DNA of 49,446 nt, from NCBI GenBank assembly GCA_036506575.1, contig DASXRM010000043.1:1-49446 (forward strand). The letters run 5' to 3'. Below, one piece after another: positions 44,049-49,446 of this stretch. The notes under the pieces were generated by a model. It did not search any database, was not told where the DNA came from, and saw only the letters and a list, made by a program, of their open reading frames with translations. Source of the stretch: Gemmatimonadales bacterium (lineage in GTDB: Bacteria; Gemmatimonadota; Gemmatimonadetes; Gemmatimonadales; GWC2-71-9). The translations under genes and the position numbers were made by a program. The first letter of the stretch is position 1; each line of letters begins with the position of its first letter.

Positions 44049-44164
44049 CAGTGAGAGGTGAGAGGTAAGAGGTGAGAGGTTTTTCAGCCAGAGCGAAGTG
44101 GATCCCTCGCTTCGCTCAGGATGACACCTCTTCCCTCTCACTTCTCACTGCTCACCCCTTACCC
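44049..44164. repeat. Microsatellite-armed inverted repeat, copy 8: GGTGAGA heptamers 44049-44079, 45-nt spacer, pyrimidine arm 44125-44164
   Basis: Read directly. It starts 1 nt after the upstream TAG and ends 12 nt before the next ATG. The spacer has hairpin AGCGAAG(44092-44098)/CTTCGCT(44110-44116) and the motif GGATCCCTCGCTTCGCTCAGGATGAC. Confidence 0.85.
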
Positions 44165-44176
44165 TAGCTTTCCCCC

Positions 44177-44794
44177 ATGTCTCCCCTTGAGACCCTCGGC
44201 TTCGCCCTCGGCACGTCCTTCGCCTCAGGGCTGAATGTCTACGCCACCGTGGCGGCCGCCGGTCTGTTTCAGCGATTCGGCATCGTTCAGCTCCCCGATT
44301 CCCTTCAGGTGCTCGCGAACCCCTTCGTCCTGGGGATCGCGATCACGCTTTTCTTGATCGAGTTCGTCGCCGACAAGATCCCTTATATCGACACCGCCTG
44401 GGACGCCGTACACACCTTCATCCGGCCTCCGGCAGCGGCAATCATCTCGTACAGCGCCTTTGGCCACGTACCGGAGGAGTGGAAGCTGGGTGCCGCGCTC
44501 CTCGCAGGAGGTGTGGCGCTCACCTCGCACGGGGCCAAGGCTACCAGCCGGGCCGCGGCCAATACCAGCCCGGAGCCGGTCAGTAACTGGACGCTCAGCA
44601 TTGTAGAAGACGCCCTGGCCGTATTCCTGGCCTGGATGGCGGCGGCCCACCCCATCCTGACGGCCGGGATCGTTGTGGTACTGGTGATTGTGGCGGTGTT
44701 TGTGATCTGGAAACTATACGGCTACCTGCGGCTACTCCGGGAACGGCTGCGGCACTGGCGCGCCAGGCCGGCCACACCTCCCCCAATCATCTAG
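44177..44794 (+). CDS. DUF4126-family integral membrane protein
   Basis: ...GTSFASGLNVYATVAAAGL...LFLIEFVADKIPYIDTAWDAVHTFIRP..., with several TM segments. Confidence 0.7.
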   Translation: MSPLETLGFALGTSFASGLNVYATVAAAGLFQRFGIVQLPDSLQVLANPFVLGIAITLFLIEFVADKIPYIDTAWDAVHTFIRPPAAAIISYSAFGHVPEEWKLGAALLAGGVALTSHGAKATSRAAANTSPEPVSNWTLSIVEDALAVFLAWMAAAHPILTAGIVVVLVIVAVFVIWKLYGYLRLLRERLRHWRARPATPPPII

Positions 44795-45549
44795 CCCAGT
44801 TTGGCCCGAACTCTTCCTCCCACCCCAACACCCAGCCGCCTGGCCGCTGATCCGTTTCGCACCGCGATCTCGATGGTGCCGCCGGATCCGATGTAGGCCA
44901 GCAGTCCTCCCGGGGTCACGTCGTTGTAGGTGCGTTTGAGCGGACCGAGATCGAGATCTTCCACCTCGAGTGTGGCGTAAGAGGGAACCTGCTCCGAGGT
45001 GAGGTTAGTGATGAGGCTGCCGAATCGATCGATGTAGACGATCTCGCCTACGACCGTTTTCCCTTCATAGTGCGGCGGGGTGTACGCGAGCCGTTCGGGG
45101 ATGCCGGCGAAGGGCGGGCCCAGGGCCGATAGGCCGGCTCCGCCGGCCAGTGCGGCTGCCGCCGGAGCGAATAGGTCGCGACCATGGAAGGTCGGCGACG
45201 CGGCGGCGGATAGCGGGAGCGCCACCGCTTCCACTTCAGAGTCGCGCAGAACCGGCGTGAACACGCCGTTGTCGGGACCCACGAAGTAGTGGCCGTGCGC
45301 GCTGAGGGCAAGCGCGGCACGGGCAGTGCCAACCTCCGGATCAACCACTACCATATGAACGGTGCCGGCGGGAAACCGGTGCCAAGCGCGACCCAGAATG
45401 TAGGCGGCTGATCTTATGTCGCCCGGAGCGACCCCATGGCTCACATCAATCAGGACCGCTGAGGGAGCCCCGCTGAGGAGCACCCCTTTCATCTCCGCAA
45501 CGTAAGAGTCGCTTGTCCCGAAATCGGTCAGTAGCGTGACGAACGTCAT
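44791..45549 (-). CDS. SAM hydroxide adenosyltransferase (DUF62, chlorinase/fluorinase-like fold)
   Basis: MTFVTLLTDFGTSDSYVAEMKGVLLS..., ...VVDPEVGT..., ...TFHGRDLFAPAAA.... Confidence 0.85.
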   Translation of the reverse strand: MTFVTLLTDFGTSDSYVAEMKGVLLSGAPSAVLIDVSHGVAPGDIRSAAYILGRAWHRFPAGTVHMVVVDPEVGTARAALALSAHGHYFVGPDNGVFTPVLRDSEVEAVALPLSAAASPTFHGRDLFAPAAAALAGGAGLSALGPPFAGIPERLAYTPPHYEGKTVVGEIVYIDRFGSLITNLTSEQVPSYATLEVEDLDLGPLKRTYNDVTPGGLLAYIGSGGTIEIAVRNGSAARRLGVGVGGRVRAKLG

Positions 45550-45634
45550 CCGTACGAGATGTCGACGATAATCGTTGCGAGGGCGCGCACCATCACGGAG
45601 TCATTGCGAGGAAACGCAGTGTTCTCCGTCCTCT

Positions 45635-46747
45635 TCACCCCCGAAGGATCGGGAGCGCCATAGTCCGGCCGGCGGTCTTTCGCTGAAGGCTTTCGGCGAT
45701 ATCGCGCAGGCTCTGGGCGGCGGGACTGTCCGGCTGCGCGACGAGAATGGGCTGGCCGGCATCGGCCAGCGCGGCGAGCTGCGGCTGGAGTGGCACGGTG
45801 CCGAGCAGGGGTGCGGCGATCTCGTCGGCGAGCCGCTGGCCGCCACCCGACGAGAAGAGCTCAAGCCGACGGCCGGTCTCAGGATCGGTGAAGCCGCTCA
45901 TGTTCTCCACCACGCCAATCACCGGGACACCCACCCGCTCGAACATCTTGGCGCCGCGGAGCGCATCCCCCACGGCAACTTCCTGCGGCGTCGTCACGAT
46001 GAGAGCGCCGGCCACCTGGGTCGCCTGAACCAGGGAAAGCTGAGCATCCCCGGTGCCAGGAGGGAGGTCCACGATGAAATAATCGAGCTTGCCCCAGTCA
46101 ACGTCCCTGAGGAACTGATTCACGATCTTCATGATGATGGGGCCTCGCCAAATGGCTGGGGCATCGCGCTCCACCAGGAGACCCAGAGACATCAGCTTCA
46201 CGCCGTGGGCCTCGAGCGGCTGGATCTTCCCTCCGACCACGGGTGGTCGATCGAAGACCCCGAACATCCGGGGGATGTTCGGACCGTAGATGTCCGCGTC
46301 CATGACACCCACCTGGAACCCCGCCTGGGCCAGCGCCACCGCCAGGTTCGCGGCTACGGTGGACTTCCCGACCCCACCTTTGCCCGAGGAGATCGCGATG
46401 ATCTTTCCGAGGTTGGGCTGATCCAGCGGCTGGGACGCGGCCGAAGTCGGTACTGCGCCCGATGGCGTCGGCGGTCCATGGGTGGGTCTGGCGGGGCCGG
46501 CGGGGTTGGTGACGTTGATCTTGATCTCGTCCTTCCTGACTCCTTCGACCGCGGCGACTGCGGCGCGAGCCGACCGTACCAGGGTGGCCGGATCCTCGGG
46601 AGCGAGCAGGAACGTGAACGTCACCCGCCCTTCGTCTGTGACGGTGAGATCGCGGATCATCCCGGCGGACAAGAGGTCGTTGTCCAGCCGCGGATTCTGG
46701 ATGCGCGCCAGCGCCGCCGCGACGCGAGCCTCAATCGATTCGCTCAA
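45635..46747 (-). CDS. mrp: Mrp/ApbC/NBP35-family Fe-S cluster carrier ATPase
   Basis: DUF59-like N-terminus; deviant Walker A IIAISSGKGGVGKSTVAANLA; ...DLPPGTGD.... TTG start 3 nt after the nifU-like stop. Confidence 0.92.
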   Translation of the reverse strand: MSESIEARVAAALARIQNPRLDNDLLSAGMIRDLTVTDEGRVTFTFLLAPEDPATLVRSARAAVAAVEGVRKDEIKINVTNPAGPARPTHGPPTPSGAVPTSAASQPLDQPNLGKIIAISSGKGGVGKSTVAANLAVALAQAGFQVGVMDADIYGPNIPRMFGVFDRPPVVGGKIQPLEAHGVKLMSLGLLVERDAPAIWRGPIIMKIVNQFLRDVDWGKLDYFIVDLPPGTGDAQLSLVQATQVAGALIVTTPQEVAVGDALRGAKMFERVGVPVIGVVENMSGFTDPETGRRLELFSSGGGQRLADEIAAPLLGTVPLQPQLAALADAGQPILVAQPDSPAAQSLRDIAESLQRKTAGRTMALPILRG

Positions 46748-46750
46748 AGG

Positions 46751-46981
46751 CTACACCGCCTCGACGTGCTTCACTTCCGGGACCATCTCACGCAACCGGC
46801 TCTCGATACCCTGTTTGAGAGTCACCGTCGACGCGGAGCAGCCGTGACAGGTCCCGCCCAGGCGCAGGAGGAGGACGCCATCCTGCTCGTCGAAATCCAC
46901 GACCTCCACGTGACCTCGATGCGAGGCGATGTAAGGCCGTAAGGTGTCGAGGGTTCGCTCGATCCGGTCAATCGTATCCAT
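46751..46981 (-). CDS. NifU-like (Nfu C-terminal domain) Fe-S scaffold/carrier protein
   Basis: ...LDTLRPYIASHRGHVEVVDFDEQDGVLLLRLGGTCHGCSASTVTLKQGIE... (CxxC motif). Confidence 0.88.
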   Translation of the reverse strand: MDTIDRIERTLDTLRPYIASHRGHVEVVDFDEQDGVLLLRLGGTCHGCSASTVTLKQGIESRLREMVPEVKHVEAV

Positions 46982-47057
46982 GTGCGTCCAAGTCTAGAAT
47001 TCCTACTGGCTTGTTCGGAAATATAATGGGAGTCGCGAGTCACACGGGTGCACAATC

Positions 47058-47082
47058 CTCATTCCGAACGCAGTGAGCGACC
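47058..47082 (+). repeat. Solo copy of the spacer motif family (CTCATTCCGAACGCAGTGAGCGACC)
   Basis: Resembles the minus-strand spacer motifs of copies 7 and 8 (CTCATCCCGAGCACGGCGAGGGATCC, GTCATCCTGAGCGAAGCGAGGGATCC). It overlaps an 8-nt inverted repeat, GTTCGGAA(47011-47018)/TTCCGAAC(47062-47069). Confidence 0.4.
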
Positions 47083-47085
47083 TTC

Positions 47086-48138
47086 TTAGCGTGGTCCGGG
47101 AGCCGCCGACTCCCGACTCCCAGCTCCGTTCGTCCCCAGATATTCGCGCGCCGCCCGAAGCACCGTCGCTTGCACTTCGGCCAGCGATCCGGTCAGCGAG
47201 AGTCCCGCCGCCTTGGTATGTCCACCCCCGCCATACGCCTTGGCAAAAGCCGCGACATCGACATCACCCACCGACCGGAGCGATACCTTCACCCTACCCT
47301 GGGCAATCTCCCGAAACAGCAGCGCCATCCGGACACCCTCGATCGACCGGGGAAATTCCACCACCCCATCCAGATCGTCCGATGAGACCCCATGACGCTC
47401 GATGGAACCCGGCGGGACGGTGACCCACGCCAGTCCGTACTGGTGCTCCACCACGAGCGTCTGAAGCGCCTCGGCGAACAGCCGGGGCCGGCCTTCCGGC
47501 GCCCGGGCATATACCTCGAGGTAGATCTCCTCCGCGTCCACTCCGGTCTCGAGCAGGTCCGCCGCAACCCGCAGTGTGCGCGGACGGGTGTTGCTGAACC
47601 GGAATCCGCCGGTATCGGTCAGAATCGCGACGTAGAGCGCCCGCGCCACCGCCTGAGTGACCGGCCATCCGTTCCCCGCGGCCAGCTCGTAGATGAGCTC
47701 ACCGGTGGCGGCTGCGTCCGGGTCGACGTAGCGGGGGCCTGGCGGCAGGACACCCGCGCTCACATGGTGATCTACGCAGGCCACCGGAACGCCCCGGTCT
47801 CGGACGGTCTCGATCAGCATGCCGAGACGAGTGAGATCGGAGATGTCGAGCACGACGATGAGATCGGCCCGACGGAGCTCGCGAACCGCGTCGGGGGTCC
47901 GGTCTATTCCGGGCAGATCGTTGAACAGAAAGCCGAAGCGTGGTGGCGTCGGGGTCGGATTGGTGATGACGGCATCGATGCCCTGAGCGCGAAGCAGGTG
48001 GACCAGCCCTACCTCGCTGCCCAGCCCGTCCCCATCGGGATTGACGTGAGTGGTGACGCAGACCCGCTGCCCTGGCCGGAGCGCGGCGCCAAAGGCATGG
48101 GCCAGAGTGGCCTTCTCGGAGGACAGCGAAAGCGGCAT
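47086..48138 (-). CDS. nrnA: DHH/DHHA1 phosphoesterase (NrnA-like oligoribonuclease / pAp phosphatase)
   Basis: VCVTTHVNPDGDGLGSE, VLDISD, DHH (VDHHVS), and DHHA1 GGGHTKAAG. The ATG at 48138 is preferred over the upstream TTG at 48144. Confidence 0.85.
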   Translation of the reverse strand: MPLSLSSEKATLAHAFGAALRPGQRVCVTTHVNPDGDGLGSEVGLVHLLRAQGIDAVITNPTPTPPRFGFLFNDLPGIDRTPDAVRELRRADLIVVLDISDLTRLGMLIETVRDRGVPVACVDHHVSAGVLPPGPRYVDPDAAATGELIYELAAGNGWPVTQAVARALYVAILTDTGGFRFSNTRPRTLRVAADLLETGVDAEEIYLEVYARAPEGRPRLFAEALQTLVVEHQYGLAWVTVPPGSIERHGVSSDDLDGVVEFPRSIEGVRMALLFREIAQGRVKVSLRSVGDVDVAAFAKAYGGGGHTKAAGLSLTGSLAEVQATVLRAAREYLGTNGAGSRESAAPGPR

Positions 48139-48200
48139 TTCCAATACTAACAGCCAGGCGGGACCGGTGCGAAACGCTCAACGCTGGGTCATGGGTATTC

Positions 48201-48821
48201 TCACGCGGCGGCGTGCTCGCCATGGGGACAGGTCGCCTCGGACGGCCACAGTAGCTCGTCAGTGGAACGGCGCAGCTCCAGCAATGTGGTCAGCACGATC
48301 CATGACCCTATCAGCACCGCGATGGCCGGATCGAAGTAGGAACGGCGGAAGAGGAGGACCAGCAGCCCCGCCGCGACCGGGGCAAGCGATACGTAGGTAT
48401 CGCCCAGATTGTGGAGATAGGCCAGTCGGATCGTGGCGTTGCTGGCCTGCCACGGAGCCAATGCGCGGGCGACACCCCAATTGCCTGCTGCAGCGAGAAG
48501 CCCCGCGACCACGGGCAACCAGCCGACAACGACGTGGGGATGAACCATCCGCTCCGCGGCCTGCCAGATTACGAGTGTGCCTACGACTACAAGGCCGAGC
48601 GAATTAAGCACATTGGCCGACCGCTGGAGGCCGCGGGTGATAGGGAGTGTGACCAGGTAGGCACAGAAGAGGCACACGAGCGCCAGCTCGTCGGACAGAT
48701 TGTGTACAGCATCCATCACCAAGCTGAGGCTGTGGGCGCGCAAGCCGGCTACCATCTCCAAAACGAACACTGCCGTATTCAGGCCCACCGCAAAGCCGAG
48801 TGGTTTCCGAATGTGCGACAT
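48201..48821 (-). CDS. Cation diffusion facilitator-like transporter, membrane domain only
   Basis: TM2 metal-site motif HSLSLVMDAVHNLSDE plus a second YLHNLGD in a later TM. At 206 aa there is no room for the usual cytoplasmic C-terminal domain. Confidence 0.65.
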   Translation of the reverse strand: MSHIRKPLGFAVGLNTAVFVLEMVAGLRAHSLSLVMDAVHNLSDELALVCLFCAYLVTLPITRGLQRSANVLNSLGLVVVGTLVIWQAAERMVHPHVVVGWLPVVAGLLAAAGNWGVARALAPWQASNATIRLAYLHNLGDTYVSLAPVAAGLLVLLFRRSYFDPAIAVLIGSWIVLTTLLELRRSTDELLWPSEATCPHGEHAAA

Positions 48822-48906
48822 GCGGTCACCCCAGCAATGGTCGTTGCCCGTCCCCCATGTTGCCGCTGGACCACCGGTTCTTATCGCCCGCTCGTACTGT
48901 CCCGCT

Positions 48907-49446
48907 CTAGCGCATGCCCGCCGACATCAGATTGGAATGCTTCCGGCCATAGAGGAAAAAGATCGCTAGCCCGATGGCCAGCCACACGATCAGCCGAAGC
49001 CAGGTCTCCTGGTCGAGATAGGCCATGAGGTACGCGGCCGATAGCGCTCCCATGGGCGCCACGAACCATACCAGTGGAGTCTTGAACGGCCGGGGCAGAT
49101 TGGGCTCGCGGATTCTTAGCACCAGTACCCCGAGCGACACGATCACGAACGCGAGGAGGGTGCCGATGGACACCAGCTTCGCTGCGTCGCGCACTGGAAG
49201 AATGGCCGCTGGAATGGCGACGGCGATTCCGGTGACCACCGACGTGATGTATGGGGTGCGGAACCGGGGGTGAATCCGGCGAACAAAGGGCGGGAGCAGC
49301 CCATCACGTGACATGCTGTAGAAGACCCGGGACTGGCCCAGGAGCTGGACCAGGATGACCGAGGTCAGCCCGGCGATAGCACCCAGCTTGATGAAGCTGG
49401 AGAAGATTCCGAGGCCGGCATAGTCAGTGACCTTCGCGATCGGATC
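48907..49446 (-). CDS. APC-superfamily amino acid permease (C-terminal part; 5' end outside window)
   Basis: The reading frame is open to the window edge (DPIAKVTDYAGLGIFSSFIKLGAIAGLTSVILVQLLGQSRVFYSMSRDGLLP...HPRFRTPY...). Hydrophobic TM helices follow to the stop. Confidence 0.8.
   Translation of the reverse strand, partial: DPIAKVTDYAGLGIFSSFIKLGAIAGLTSVILVQLLGQSRVFYSMSRDGLLPPFVRRIHPRFRTPYITSVVTGIAVAIPAAILPVRDAAKLVSIGTLLAFVIVSLGVLVLRIREPNLPRPFKTPLVWFVAPMGALSAAYLMAYLDQETWLRLIVWLAIGLAIFFLYGRKHSNLMSAGMR

Noticed and set aside
1-44164. CRISPR-array interpretation of the tandem arrays
   Set aside because: The units are only 7-9 nt and directly abut one another with no spacers. The arrays come as complementary pairs, and no cas genes are present.
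1-49446. Mobile element, prophage or defence island
   Set aside because: No integrase, transposase, recombinase, restriction-modification, toxin-antitoxin or phage structural signatures were recognised in any frame. By eye I saw no compositionally distinct region beyond short AT-rich intergenic stretches. Gene content is housekeeping.

Overview
High-GC (about two-thirds G+C) bacterial chromosomal window, densely packed with mostly housekeeping genes. I saw no rRNA, tRNA, CRISPR array, integrase, transposase or phage genes. I call 47 CDSs. They include a his cluster (hisC-hisB-hisH-NUDIX-hisF), trpE, glmM-glmS, purD, mutM, dtd/maf and a late menaquinone/prenyl-quinone operon (ubiE/menG-ubiD-ubiA-ubiX). 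There is also Fe-S assembly (nifU-like, mrp) and several signalling genes: a hybrid histidine kinase, an FHA-GAF-cyclase, a REC-HD-GYP protein, and an ECF sigma/anti-sigma module. Many genes are joined by 4-nt ATGA/GTGA overlaps, which helped fix start codons where the ORF track over-extends N-termini. The most unusual thing in the window is not a gene. It is a dispersed family of at least eight inverted repeats whose two arms are themselves short tandem arrays (7- or 9-nt units, e.g. GGTGAGA, GGTAAGC, GGTGAAC, GGGAAGGAC, GGAGAGGAC). They sit exactly at gene boundaries and often supply start or stop codons and terminal peptides. The repeat unit differs from locus to locus, but each right arm complements its own left arm. 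I cannot match them from memory to a named repeat family. Secondary points of interest are an orphan PilB/GspE-type ATPase fused to a C-terminal receiver domain next to an Omp85-like protein, and a NUDIX hydrolase in the hisA position of the his cluster. A MarR-DoxX pair has clear TGTT-NN-AACA palindromic operators, and a 350-bp non-coding gap carries a 26-nt direct repeat. Everything functional is inferred from sequence motifs only; no database search was possible.
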